This document shows positions 1 through 9,921 of a stretch of 64,000 nt of DNA, piece by piece. The stretch's first letter is position 1; each line of letters starts with the position of its first letter. The DNA lies in assembly GCA_028690055.1 (NCBI GenBank), contig JAQVBZ010000001.1:20452-84451 (forward strand), written 5' to 3'. The notes under the pieces are model-generated. The model saw only the letters and a list, made by a program, of their open reading frames with translations, had not been told where the DNA came from and made no database searches. Source of the DNA: Minisyncoccota bacterium. GTDB taxonomy: Bacteria; Patescibacteriota; Minisyncoccia; JAHIHE01; JAGLIN01. Made by a program: the position numbers and the translations under genes.

Positions 1-1
1 C

Positions 2-1150
2 GGGGAACACGTCGATCTCAACCGCTCACTCAAAGACCGTATTTCGGGAAGAACGGCTCTTACCGATATCAAGGATCCGGAAACAGGCAAACTTCTGGTG
101 GAGAAGGGTATGCAAATCACTAAAGATGATGCCAAGCTGGTGGAAGCGGCAGGAATCAAAGAGGTAAACGTGCGCAGCTTGGTTAGTTGCAAGACTCGTC
201 GCGGTTGTTGTCAGCAGTGCTACGGACACGACCTCGGCAAGAACAAGCTGGTGGAAATCGGTGAGGCGGTAGGAATCGTGACCGCACAGGCTATCGGTGA
301 GCCGGGAACCCAGCTTACTATGAGAACCTTCCATAGTGGAGGTGTGGCCGGAAAAGATATTACACAAGGTCTCCCTCGTGTGGAAGAAATCTTCGAGGCT
401 CGTATGCCTAAAGGAAAAGCCATCATCTCCGAGGTGGATGGAAAAGTGGTCGATATTGAGAAGCTTGGAGATAAGAAAACTATCAAGATTGAGTATCAAG
501 TGAAGGAGGCCGGTAAGGAGGAAGAAGGTGAGCCTATCAAGAGCTACACTATGGATAGCGATATCGCACTCTTGGTTGATAAAGGCGATCTCGTCGTTGC
601 CGGACAGCAGCTGGTGGAAGGACATGTTGATGTTCATGAACTTTTCAATCTCAAGGGTATCGAGGAAGTCAAACGCTACATCATCAAAGAAGTCCAACAG
701 GTATATACTTCTCAGGGTGAATCTATCGACGACAAGCACATTGAGATCATCATCAAGCAGATGCTGTCTCGTATGCGCGTAACCGATCCGGGGGATACGA
801 CGCTCCTTATCGGCGATGTCATTGAAAAGGCACAGCTGGCCGATGCCAATGAAGAAGTCAATAACTGGAACGATGAGCATACTGGTGTGACTGACAAGAA
901 GAAAAATCTTGCTACCGCCGATCAGTTGCTCTTGGGAATTACCAAGGCATCTCTCGCGACCGAGAGCTTCCTCTCAGCCGCATCTTTTCAGGAAACGGCA
1001 CGTGTTCTTATCGGTGCCGCAACCTCGGGCAAGGTGGATAAACTCCGCGGGCTCAAAGAGAATGTCATTATCGGACGCCTCATTCCGGCCGGTACCGGTT
1101 ATAAGCGAGGTTTCGGTGGTACTAACATCGAGCTTGAAGAAGAAAAATAG
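2..1150 (+). CDS. rpoC: DNA-directed RNA polymerase beta' subunit, C-terminal part (5' truncated by window edge)
   Basis: Motifs GEAVGIVTAQAIGEPGTQLTMRTFH, DITQGLPRVEEIFEAR, SFLSAASFQET and LKENVIIGRLIPAGTG. Confidence 0.98.
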   Translation, partial: GEHVDLNRSLKDRISGRTALTDIKDPETGKLLVEKGMQITKDDAKLVEAAGIKEVNVRSLVSCKTRRGCCQQCYGHDLGKNKLVEIGEAVGIVTAQAIGEPGTQLTMRTFHSGGVAGKDITQGLPRVEEIFEARMPKGKAIISEVDGKVVDIEKLGDKKTIKIEYQVKEAGKEEEGEPIKSYTMDSDIALLVDKGDLVVAGQQLVEGHVDVHELFNLKGIEEVKRYIIKEVQQVYTSQGESIDDKHIEIIIKQMLSRMRVTDPGDTTLLIGDVIEKAQLADANEEVNNWNDEHTGVTDKKKNLATADQLLLGITKASLATESFLSAASFQETARVLIGAATSGKVDKLRGLKENVIIGRLIPAGTGYKRGFGGTNIELEEEK

Positions 1151-1168
1151 GATTAAGGACATTTTACG

Positions 1169-1199
1169 AACAGCGACTTTTAAAAGGGTCGTTGTTTTT
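1169..1199 (+). terminator. Intrinsic terminator after rpoC
   Basis: Hairpin aacagcgactttt/aaaagggtcgttgtt followed by a T run. Confidence 0.7.
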
Positions 1200-1239
1200 G
1201 TTGTACCTTGTTTTTTGCGGGAGTATATTTAAACTTTTC

Positions 1240-1402
1240 GCGGGAGCAGGTTTAAACCTGTTCCTTTCGGTTTGGATTTTACAACAAAACATCATAAGGT
1301 AAGCAAGGCTATCTTGAACAGTATCAATAAAAACTGGTGATGAAAATATATTAGTTTATTGAGTTTTCAAACCCGAATGACCGAGCATAAAACCGTCCTC
1401 GT
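1240..1402. repeat. ~160-bp MITE/REPIN-like element (family E), diverged copy of 38418-38578
   Basis: Starts gcgggagcaggtttaaacctg. The interior aligns by eye with 38418-38578 (agtatca..aaaaac.ggt.at.aaaa). Confidence 0.6.
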
Positions 1403-1593
1403 ATCGTGGAGACCGCCTCCCCGCTAAGCGTCGAAAAATTCGTAGATTGTGAGCTGCGGATAGCATCTTTTTTACCCCGTTTTATTCCCTTCTGTCGCAT
1501 TATTTGTGGACTGGCAGTTTTTGTGCGTTCTCTTTGCCTCAAACGCTATTTTGGGCTATACTGTAAGGGTAATAACTTAAGCAGATTTTGGAT

Positions 1594-3909
1594 ATGAGTA
1601 GAAAAAAGGGTAAGAAAAAAGGCGGAGATTTCAAACTTGATTTGCCGCAGATCGGTTTGGGTGACGGGGTCAATAAAGATATTTTCGGCATTTTGCTGTT
1701 TGCTTTCGGGGCGATTACCGCGCTCAGTTTTCTTTCTCTCTCCGGAGCGCTCGGGGCTGATCTCAACAGGTTTACCCGTATTCTTTTTGGCTATGGTTTT
1801 GTCGTAGTTCCTTTCGTTCTTTTTATCTGGGGATGGCGAATCATAAAGTCGGAAAGTCTCTTCAAAAGCCAATCATATTTTATCGGAATCTTTTTGCTGG
1901 TGATTTCTATATTAACCTTCCTGCATCTTCCCTACGCGCCGGATACGATGTTCGCTGCAGCGCAAGAGGGGAAGGGTGGAGGTCTTTTTGGTGCAGCTGT
2001 CGCCTGGGCTTTTGTAGGACTTGTCGGCAAATGGGGGGCGGCGGTTTTGGCCTTCGCACTTTTGATATCGTCAATCGTTTTTACTGTTCAAATTTCGCTT
2101 TTGCAGATATGGAATTCTTTGAAGTCGCTGGTAATCGCACCGTCCGAACCACAAGATATAAAAAATAATCCCGCTAAAGTTGTAGTAGCTGGAACCAAGG
2201 AAGAACGACCGGGATTTCTTGGTGCTCTAAAAGAAAAGATTGCGGGCAAGAAAAAATCGGAAGCTAGGGCGGATATTGAGAAAGAAAATGAAGCTACGAC
2301 AGAGGAAGTGATGCCGGTATTCTCTGTTAAAACGATGGAGGAAGAAAAACCGATAGCGACATCACGAGGAGGCGAAGAAGTAGAAAAGAAAGACAAAGAC
2401 AGAGAGAAAGATATCGTCAAGGAAGAAGTGACAGTAAATCGTTTCATAGATAAGAAGAGTAATTGGAAATTGCCGACAGTAGCCCTTCTAAACGGTTCGG
2501 ACAGCGAACCTACCAGCGGCGACATTCAGGCCAATTCCAATATCATAAAGCGGACGCTTTCCAATTTCGGTATCGAGGTGGAGATGGGTGAGGTCAACGT
2601 CGGACCGACGGTGACGCAGTACACATTAAAACCTTCAGTGGGCGTGAAGCTCAGTAAGATTACCGCGCTACAAAATGACTTGGCACTCGCGCTGGCCGCT
2701 CGGACTATCCGTATCGAGGCGCCGATCCCCGGCAAGAGCTGGGTCGGCATCGAGCTGCCTAACCAAACAGTGGCTATGGTCACTCTTAAGAATGTTTTGG
2801 ACTCTCCTGAATTCCATAATCGCAAGACCAATCTCAGTATGATTCTGGGGCGCGATGTGGCGGGAAATTCGGTGATTGCTAACGTTGCCAAGATGCCGCA
2901 CCTGATGATTGCCGGCTCGACGGGCAGTGGCAAGACGGTCTGTGTCAATACGCTAATTACAGGGCTGCTCTTCCAGAATTCTCCTGAAAATTTGAAATTC
3001 ATTATGATCGATCCGAAGCGCGTGGAACTTACTCCTTACAATGATATCCCTCACCTCTTGGCGCCGGTTATCGTTGATCCGGACAAGGCGATCAATTCGC
3101 TAAAATGGGCGGTGAAAGAAATGGAAAATCGCTATGACTTGCTCAGTAAATTCGGCTGTCGCAATATCGAGTCCTATAACGAGGCGGTGAAAACGAGGTT
3201 CACAGACCAGGACCCTCTGCCTTACATCATTATCGTCATCGATGAAATGGCGGACCTTATGGCCACGCACGGGCGGGAAATGGAAGCAGTGGTTGTGCGT
3301 CTGGCACAGATGGCGCGCGCTATCGGTATCCATTTGGTTCTTTCGACACAGCGTCCGTCGGTGGAAGTTATTACCGGACTCATCAAGGCGAATATCACGA
3401 CCCGCATCGCTTTCTGTGTGGCGAGCCAAATCGATTCGCGCACTATTTTGGACGCGTCGGGTGCGGAAAAACTTTTAGGAAATGGGGATATGCTTTATCT
3501 TTCCAGCGATGCCAGCAAGCCTAGGCGTATACAGGGTGTTTTTATTTCAGAAGAGGAGGTGGGTAAAGTGGTAGATTTCATCAAGTCACAGAAGCAAGAA
3601 GGCACCGAATATGATAGTGAAATCGTGGAGAGCAAGAGATTCGGATCCGATCCTATGGCGGAAAATAACGATGTCGATGACGAACTTTATAACGAGGCAC
3701 TGGAAGTGGTGCGTGATGCCGGCAAAGCTTCGGCTTCTCTACTGCAGCGCCGGCTTAAAGTGGGCTACTCGCGAGCAGCACGGCTCCTGGATGTCATGGA
3801 AGACAAAGGGGTTGTCGGTCCGGCACAGGGAGCTAAACCGCGGGAATTGTATGCGGATGGCGCTGCTTCTGCCGAGGAGGATTTTGAAGATGAAATCAGT
3901 TTAGATTAG
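1594..3909 (+). CDS. ftsK: DNA translocase FtsK/SpoIIIE
   Basis: N-terminal TM helices, Walker A GSTGSGKT, MIDPKRVEL, STQRPSV and gamma domain ASLLQRRLKVGYSRAARLLD. Confidence 0.97.
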   Translation: MSRKKGKKKGGDFKLDLPQIGLGDGVNKDIFGILLFAFGAITALSFLSLSGALGADLNRFTRILFGYGFVVVPFVLFIWGWRIIKSESLFKSQSYFIGIFLLVISILTFLHLPYAPDTMFAAAQEGKGGGLFGAAVAWAFVGLVGKWGAAVLAFALLISSIVFTVQISLLQIWNSLKSLVIAPSEPQDIKNNPAKVVVAGTKEERPGFLGALKEKIAGKKKSEARADIEKENEATTEEVMPVFSVKTMEEEKPIATSRGGEEVEKKDKDREKDIVKEEVTVNRFIDKKSNWKLPTVALLNGSDSEPTSGDIQANSNIIKRTLSNFGIEVEMGEVNVGPTVTQYTLKPSVGVKLSKITALQNDLALALAARTIRIEAPIPGKSWVGIELPNQTVAMVTLKNVLDSPEFHNRKTNLSMILGRDVAGNSVIANVAKMPHLMIAGSTGSGKTVCVNTLITGLLFQNSPENLKFIMIDPKRVELTPYNDIPHLLAPVIVDPDKAINSLKWAVKEMENRYDLLSKFGCRNIESYNEAVKTRFTDQDPLPYIIIVIDEMADLMATHGREMEAVVVRLAQMARAIGIHLVLSTQRPSVEVITGLIKANITTRIAFCVASQIDSRTILDASGAEKLLGNGDMLYLSSDASKPRRIQGVFISEEEVGKVVDFIKSQKQEGTEYDSEIVESKRFGSDPMAENNDVDDELYNEALEVVRDAGKASASLLQRRLKVGYSRAARLLDVMEDKGVVGPAQGAKPRELYADGAASAEEDFEDEISLD

Positions 3910-3922
3910 TTAAGTGTATATT

Positions 3923-4882
3923 ATGTTTAAGAATAAATTTAAAACCAAGCCGATCATCGAGACGATTACCGTGGGTAGCTGTCTTAAGACCAAGCGGGAG
4001 GAACTGGGACTCTCTCTGCCGGACCTAAGCAGGGAACTCGGCATAAAGTACGAGTACCTGAAAAGTCTGGAGGAGGGCGATTATACCCAGCTGCCGCCAC
4101 AGGTTTATGTCCGCGGTTTCATCAAGAGCTATGCAAAACATCTCGACATTGATGCGTCGCAGCTCGTCAAAATTTACAACCGCGAGACGTCCTATCTTTT
4201 TGAGGAAGAGCGGGAGAGCAGACAGCGAAGCGCAAAGGCGAAAAAATCCGATTGGAAAGATTACCTGACTGTCACGCCGCGGATACTGACTGGTATTTTT
4301 AGCCTCTGCATCGTGACGGTTCTTGGATATTATTTTATGCATCAGATAAATTCTTTCAACTCCAAACCATATCTTTTTGTTGACAATCCTGTGGCGGATG
4401 GCGTGGTAAAAGAAAAAGACTTATGGGTTAGCGGCAAGACGGAAAATGACGCCATCTTGAAAATCAACGGACAGGAAATCAGTGTGAATGCGGAGGGTGT
4501 TTTTAGCCAGAAGATAGTACTTGCTGAAGGGAGAAATCTACTGGTGGTGGAAGCCAAAAATAGATTCAGCAAAACTGATAAAAAGGAAATCAATATAGTC
4601 TATGAAAAATCTGAAGAGGACAAACTGGTAGTTAAAGAGTCGGAAGCGGAAACTGTGGCGGAACCGATCAAGGAAATAAGCATTGTCGAGGAAAAGTCCG
4701 GTACTGTAGCTGGAGCAAAGACTCCGGTAGAGCCGGTCAAGAAAGAAATTGTCGTCAAGAAGGAACCCGATTCTGTCTTAGGGGCGAAAGCTTCCGCGGC
4801 GAGCATCGAAGAAGAAGTCGCAGTCAGTGGCAGCGAGGATGCGACAGTTCCGGTCGCAGATACGGAATCGGAAGGATTATGA
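3923..4882 (+). CDS. RodZ-like HTH membrane protein with Ig-like extracellular domain and acidic tail
   Basis: HTH_25-type N-terminus (LEEGDYTQLPPQVYVRGFIKSYAKHL), one TM helix, located directly after ftsK. Confidence 0.8.
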   Translation: MFKNKFKTKPIIETITVGSCLKTKREELGLSLPDLSRELGIKYEYLKSLEEGDYTQLPPQVYVRGFIKSYAKHLDIDASQLVKIYNRETSYLFEEERESRQRSAKAKKSDWKDYLTVTPRILTGIFSLCIVTVLGYYFMHQINSFNSKPYLFVDNPVADGVVKEKDLWVSGKTENDAILKINGQEISVNAEGVFSQKIVLAEGRNLLVVEAKNRFSKTDKKEINIVYEKSEEDKLVVKESEAETVAEPIKEISIVEEKSGTVAGAKTPVEPVKKEIVVKKEPDSVLGAKASAASIEEEVAVSGSEDATVPVADTESEGL

Positions 4883-5040
4883 TCCACTCACGATTTTGTA
4901 TTTGAGACTATACCGGAAATGGTATAAATGTCGGTCAAAAATGTTTTATCTCGCGCGCACACTTTTTCGAGCGTGGTCCTGAATACGGATTAAAAATACG
5001 AATACAAAAGCATTTAAATATATAAAACTAAATTAAAACT

Positions 5041-6114
5041 ATGGTTAAAAAAGAAACCGATAAGAAAGATGAAGAGCCGGTAGTCGCGGATAAAAAAGCC
5101 GCAGCGCCGATCGTCTCGGACAAGAAAGAGAAGGCTATCAAAGACGCTCTGGATGAAATTCAAAGCCGTTTTGGTGAAGGGGCTATTATGAAGTTGGGCG
5201 ATGCCAAGTCAATGGATGTGGATTTTATTTCTACAGGATCTATTTCGTTGGATATCGCACTGGGGGGCGGAATTCCAAAAGGAAGGATTGTTGAAATCTA
5301 TGGATTGGAATCGAGCGGTAAGACTACTCTTACTTTGCATGTAATTTCTGAAGCACAAAAAAGGGGAGAGTCTGCAGCTTTTGTGGACGCTGAGCACGCG
5401 TTGGATCCGGAGTATGCCAAGAAAATCGGAGTCAATACTAAAGAGCTTATCGTATCCCAGCCGGACAGCGGAGAACAGGCTTTGGAAATAGTGGAGGCTC
5501 TTGTCAGGTCTGGCGCAGTCGATGTCATTGTGATCGACTCGGTGGCTGCATTGACACCGCGAGCGGAAATCGAAGGCGAGATGGGGGATTCCCATATGGG
5601 GCTTCAAGCGCGGCTGATGAGCCAGGCGCTTCGCAAATTGACCGCTATCGTTAGCAAGTCCAACTGTACCGTCATTTTCATCAATCAGATCCGTATGAAA
5701 ATCGGCGTGGTGTTCGGCAATCCGGAAACGACTACGGGTGGTAACGCTCTGAAATTTTATTCTTCGGTGCGTATCGAGGTGCGCAAGGCCGCGCAGATCA
5801 AGCAGGGGGAAAATATCATCGGAAATCGCGTTAAAGCTAAAGTGGTAAAAAACAAAGTTGCTGCGCCTTTCAAAGTTGCGGAATTCGATATCATGTATAA
5901 TGAAGGTATCTCCTATCTGGGGGATTTACTAAACGTTGCCGTCGAGCATGGGGTCGCAAAAAAAGGCGGGGCCTGGTATAACTACAAAGAGATAAAACTG
6001 GGACAAGGGTTCGAGGCCAGCAAGAAATTCTTGAAAGACAATCCTAAGATTATCGAGGAGATGGCGAAGGAAGTGAAGGAGGCGATTAAGAAGGAAGAGT
6101 TGGCTGTTGCATAG
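5041..6114 (+). CDS. recA: Recombinase RecA
   Basis: Motifs [38 protein letters not shown] and [16 protein letters not shown]. Confidence 0.99.
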   Translation: MVKKETDKKDEEPVVADKKAAAPIVSDKKEKAIKDALDEIQSRFGEGAIMKLGDAKSMDVDFISTGSISLDIALGGGIPKGRIVEIYGLESSGKTTLTLHVISEAQKRGESAAFVDAEHALDPEYAKKIGVNTKELIVSQPDSGEQALEIVEALVRSGAVDVIVIDSVAALTPRAEIEGEMGDSHMGLQARLMSQALRKLTAIVSKSNCTVIFINQIRMKIGVVFGNPETTTGGNALKFYSSVRIEVRKAAQIKQGENIIGNRVKAKVVKNKVAAPFKVAEFDIMYNEGISYLGDLLNVAVEHGVAKKGGAWYNYKEIKLGQGFEASKKFLKDNPKIIEEMAKEVKEAIKKEELAVA

Positions 6115-6198
6115 TTAAGCATACTGTGATGGAGAAGGAAAAAATTTTTTCCAGTTTGGCGAATCCGGTTTACGAATATTTTACCGACTAAAATCGGA

Positions 6199-6230
6199 AA
6201 GCCTATCTGGTCTGTCAGATAGGCTTATTT
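6199..6230 (+). terminator. Probable terminator hairpin after recA
   Basis: aagcctatctg-gtctgt-cagataggctt followed by attt. Confidence 0.55.
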
Positions 6231-6248
6231 AACAACGAATAGAATATC

Positions 6249-9101
6249 ATGAAGAATCTAGCGGGGTTATCCTTAATTCTCTTATTGGTGTTAGTATGTT
6301 TGGCGCCGTCTTCTGTCTGTCGTGTGGCAAACGCCGGTACACTTATTACGGAGGAAAGATTTGAAAACAGTATCAGCTCTTACTGGTACAGGGCAATGAA
6401 TAATTATTCCTATTCCGGTACTTACATTACCTCTCCTTTTGTTTCGCCTACTCATGCTTTTCGTATCGAACTGCATAGCAGCGATTCAGAGGTGGAAGGA
6501 GGCATGCGTGCGGAGTTGGAAAGCGAACCGGAAACGCGGCTGCAGGAGCGCACTTACAATTTTAATATTATGCTTCCCGGCGGAGGGGCGGATGATTATG
6601 CGTTGGATAATTACGATTGCGATGAAATTATTGCTCAATGGCATAACAATCCCGATTCCGGGGAAGATTGGACCATGCCACCACTGGCCCTTACTACAAC
6701 TACAAACGAGAAGGGGGAGGGGCGCTATGTACTTCTGAATCTATGGGATGATGCTGCTAAGTCCACGACGGAAGAAATGAAATCGGAAGGCAAAATCAGT
6801 TATTACGATCTTGGTTCGTATACGGAGGATAAGGGTAAATGGGTTAAATGGACTTTTCATGTCAAATGGGGGTGGCTTTCTTCTCATAACACTATTTTGG
6901 AAGTATACAAGAACGGAAGTTTGATCTTTAGTCATAACGGATATCCCAACACCACTAACGATCAAAAGGGTGTGAATCAACAGTTTGGAGTTTATAAATG
7001 GGAATGGGATGGCAGCGGACCCGATTCCAAACTATCGAAGCGCGTAATCTATTTTGATGATGTTAGCGTATATCAGGGATGGGAGGCTCCCGGTTCCACT
7101 TCTAACCCTCCCGCTACCACTTACACCGTCACAGTAAATAACGGCCTAGGCGGAGGAACCTATTCGGCGGGAGAAGAGGTGACTATTGTAGCTAATCTGC
7201 CTGTTTCCGGCAAAGCTTTTGACAGGTGGACAGGAAGTACTCAATATCTTGATAGCATCACTTCATATACCAATACTTTCACCATGCCCGCATCAAACAT
7301 ATTCTTTACTGCAACCTATCAAAACATAGCCCCCGCCACCTACGACCTCACTGTCACCAAAGGCTCCGGTGACGGAGCATACACTACAGGCACGCAAGTG
7401 ACTATCACCGCCAACACTCCCGCTCCCGGCAAGGTATTCGACAAATGGACAGGCGGTACTTCTAGTATAGCCAGCACGACATCATCGACCACTACAGTCA
7501 CGATGCCATCTGCGGATATCACTTTAATTGCCAATTACAAAGATGCCCCCAAGTATACTCTGACAGTAGCAAACGGTACCGGCGACGGCTCATACGCCCA
7601 AGGCGCGGAAACAGTGATCACCGCCGACACTCCCGCCACCGGCAAAGTCTTCGACAAATGGACAGGCAGTACCACCTACATCTCTAGCACGATATCACCA
7701 ACCACTATCGTAACGATGCCAGCTTCATCCATTACCCTCACTGCCACTTACAGAGATTCCGATCTTCTTGATCCTTCTACCAGCTTCCTGATGATAGGCT
7801 ACGGCTCCGGTGACGGTGCTTACCCTGTGGGTACACAAGTTACCATCACCGCCAATGAACCTGCCAAGGGATTGGTCTTTGACAAATGGACAAGAGACAC
7901 TGAATACGTTTCAGACATATACAGCACGACACCTACAGTTACCATCCCCGATCACGGCATCATCCTTGTTGCTTCATACGAGAGATCCGATGATGAGACT
8001 TTCAGACTGGTAGTATCCGGTGGTACCGGAGGAGATGATTATCTCCCCGGCACAGAAGTCACCATCACCGCCGACACTCCCGATACCAACAAAGTCTTCG
8101 ATCAATGGGTGGGAGACATCAGCCATATCGATGATACCGGCAAAGCCATAGCTATCGTAACTATGCCTGAAGAAGACATTACTCTGGTTGCTACATACAA
8201 AACCATAAACCAAGGAGAATACCTGCTTACCGTAAGGAACGGCACCGGTAACGGTTCTTATCTTCCCGGCTCTGAAATCATTATCAAAGCCGACACTCCT
8301 CCTACCGGTAAGATCTTCAGCAGATGGACAGGCAACACCTCTTACATCAACGACATCGATTCAGCCACTGCCACCGTTACGATGCCGTCGCTATCTATCA
8401 CCTTGACTGCCACCTACAAAGACAAAAACAATAATGGCAATTACCCCGACGGTACTCTCATCAAGCTCCCGGATTCTCCCAAGATATATGTCATCACCAA
8501 TGGAGAAAAGAAATGGATATCTACCCCTGAACAATTCGAACAACTGGGATATCAATGGACAGAGGTACAGACTGTCACCGAAGAGATATTGAGTACTCTT
8601 GAAGACATCGAAGATAATCTGATCCGTCTCATAGGAGACTTCAAAATCTATCTGGTTACCAACGGTACCAAACGTCACATCCCCAACCCCGATGTCTTCC
8701 TTAACTACGGTTTCAATTGGAACGATGTCAAAGAAGTGGATGAATCGATTTTCAACAAATACAAAGATGTCTATCTCATCAGAGAGTCAGGCAAAGAATC
8801 CGTATACTACCTGACCCCCGCGGGCATCCGCAAGCACATCCCCACCACAGACATCTTCAACTCTTACGATGACAAATGGGAAGATGTCCAAATCATTTCT
8901 CAAAACGAGATGAATACTTATACTCTTTCCAATCTTGTCAGGTTGGAAGGAACAAATGACGTTTATCTTATCGAGGGCAATATCAAAAGACGTATCCCCG
9001 ATCCAACAATCTTCAATAAATACAAGTTTAATTGGGAATACGTTCTTTCTGTAAATCAAACAGAATTCAACTGGTACCAGAATGGGGGAGAGTTGAGGTG
9101 A
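6249..9101 (+). CDS. Secreted modular protein: polysaccharide-lyase-like (heparin lyase I-type) head, 6 InlB-B-like repeats, 4 C-terminal CPR-type repeats
   Basis: Signal peptide. Head motifs RAEL, IIAQWH, FGVYKWEW and IYFDDVSV. Six ~70-aa YxLTVxxGxGxGxY...FDKW repeats and four LI+..IY.I..G.KR.I....F...G..W repeats. Confidence 0.75.
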   Translation: MKNLAGLSLILLLVLVCLAPSSVCRVANAGTLITEERFENSISSYWYRAMNNYSYSGTYITSPFVSPTHAFRIELHSSDSEVEGGMRAELESEPETRLQERTYNFNIMLPGGGADDYALDNYDCDEIIAQWHNNPDSGEDWTMPPLALTTTTNEKGEGRYVLLNLWDDAAKSTTEEMKSEGKISYYDLGSYTEDKGKWVKWTFHVKWGWLSSHNTILEVYKNGSLIFSHNGYPNTTNDQKGVNQQFGVYKWEWDGSGPDSKLSKRVIYFDDVSVYQGWEAPGSTSNPPATTYTVTVNNGLGGGTYSAGEEVTIVANLPVSGKAFDRWTGSTQYLDSITSYTNTFTMPASNIFFTATYQNIAPATYDLTVTKGSGDGAYTTGTQVTITANTPAPGKVFDKWTGGTSSIASTTSSTTTVTMPSADITLIANYKDAPKYTLTVANGTGDGSYAQGAETVITADTPATGKVFDKWTGSTTYISSTISPTTIVTMPASSITLTATYRDSDLLDPSTSFLMIGYGSGDGAYPVGTQVTITANEPAKGLVFDKWTRDTEYVSDIYSTTPTVTIPDHGIILVASYERSDDETFRLVVSGGTGGDDYLPGTEVTITADTPDTNKVFDQWVGDISHIDDTGKAIAIVTMPEEDITLVATYKTINQGEYLLTVRNGTGNGSYLPGSEIIIKADTPPTGKIFSRWTGNTSYINDIDSATATVTMPSLSITLTATYKDKNNNGNYPDGTLIKLPDSPKIYVITNGEKKWISTPEQFEQLGYQWTEVQTVTEEILSTLEDIEDNLIRLIGDFKIYLVTNGTKRHIPNPDVFLNYGFNWNDVKEVDESIFNKYKDVYLIRESGKESVYYLTPAGIRKHIPTTDIFNSYDDKWEDVQIISQNEMNTYTLSNLVRLEGTNDVYLIEGNIKRRIPDPTIFNKYKFNWEYVLSVNQTEFNWYQNGGELR

Positions 9102-9120
9102 TTAACATAAAACATCTACA

Positions 9121-9151
9121 AAAAAACAGACCTTTTCGGATCTGTTTTTTT
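9121..9151. terminator. Bidirectional terminator between convergent genes
   Basis: aaaaaacagacc-tttt-cggatctgttttttt. Confidence 0.7.
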
Positions 9152-9158
9152 GTTTGCT

Positions 9159-9398
9159 TTATTTGGAGATGTAGGGCAATAGCGCCATAAATCTCGCACG
9201 TTTGATTGCTGTCGCGACCTGTCTCTGGTGCTTGGTGCAAGCCCCTGTCCTTTTCGGGGACATGATTTTGGCGCGTTGGTTGATGAATCTTTGGAGTGTC
9301 TGCGGATCCTTGAAGTCCGCATTTCTCTCGCGCTCCATACAGAAAAGACACTGCTTCTTCACCGTAGGGGCGTTGTTTCTCTTAGTATTGTTTATCAT
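9159..9398 (-). CDS. rpsR: 30S ribosomal protein S18
   Basis: CLFC...DFKD...KI...RTGACTKHQRQVATAIKRARFMALLPY; canonical rpsF-ssb-rpsR order. Confidence 0.97.
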   Translation of the reverse strand: MINNTKRNNAPTVKKQCLFCMERERNADFKDPQTLQRFINQRAKIMSPKRTGACTKHQRQVATAIKRARFMALLPYISK

Positions 9399-9415
9399 GA
9401 TACGCAATTATTTTT

Positions 9416-9883
9416 TTAAAAAGGTATGTCCTCAATTCTGATCTCTTCTTCGAAATTCTCGCTTTCTTTTGCCGGCGCCGGCGCGGAGTGGCTTTCGTGA
9501 GGTGCTGCGCTTGTACTTGCAGGCTTCTCGTAACTGCCGCTGTTTCCGGTACCTTTGCTCTTGGCGCCCATCTGCATATTTTCCGCGATGATTTCCGTGC
9601 GTGACCTTTTTTGTCCGTCTTGGCCTTCCCAAGTTCTGGTTTCCATCCTTCCTTCGAAGAGGACTTCCTGACCTTTGGTCAGGTATTGTCCACAGATTTC
9701 TGCTAGCTTTCCCCAGGCCACGATATTGTGGAACTCGGTTTTTTCCTGTCTTTCGCCGGAATTGTTGTTCCAGACACGGTTAGTGGCGATACTGAGCGTG
9801 GCAACCGATTGTCCGCTGGGAGTGGTGCGGATTTCAGGATCCTTGGTAACTCTCCCGATGACGATAGCTTTGTTGAAATTCAT
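9416..9883 (-). CDS. ssb: Single-stranded DNA-binding protein
   Basis: NKAIVIGRVTKDPE, FHNIVAWGKLAE and acidic C-terminus EDIPF. Confidence 0.98.
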   Translation of the reverse strand: MNFNKAIVIGRVTKDPEIRTTPSGQSVATLSIATNRVWNNNSGERQEKTEFHNIVAWGKLAEICGQYLTKGQEVLFEGRMETRTWEGQDGQKRSRTEIIAENMQMGAKSKGTGNSGSYEKPASTSAAPHESHSAPAPAKESENFEEEIRIEDIPF

Positions 9884-9921
9884 AACCTTAAAGTTATTTT
9901 GTAAAAATTTAGCGGATAAAT

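Noticed and set aside
26-880. Long antisense ORFs such as 26-880, 34213-35022, 54841-55824 and 57166-58044
   Set aside because: They are shadows of well-conserved genes on the opposite strand, with no recognisable motifs.
4890-5040. Shared SOS/LexA box upstream of recA, uvrA and rarA
   Set aside because: No common palindrome could be found by eye in the three upstream regions.
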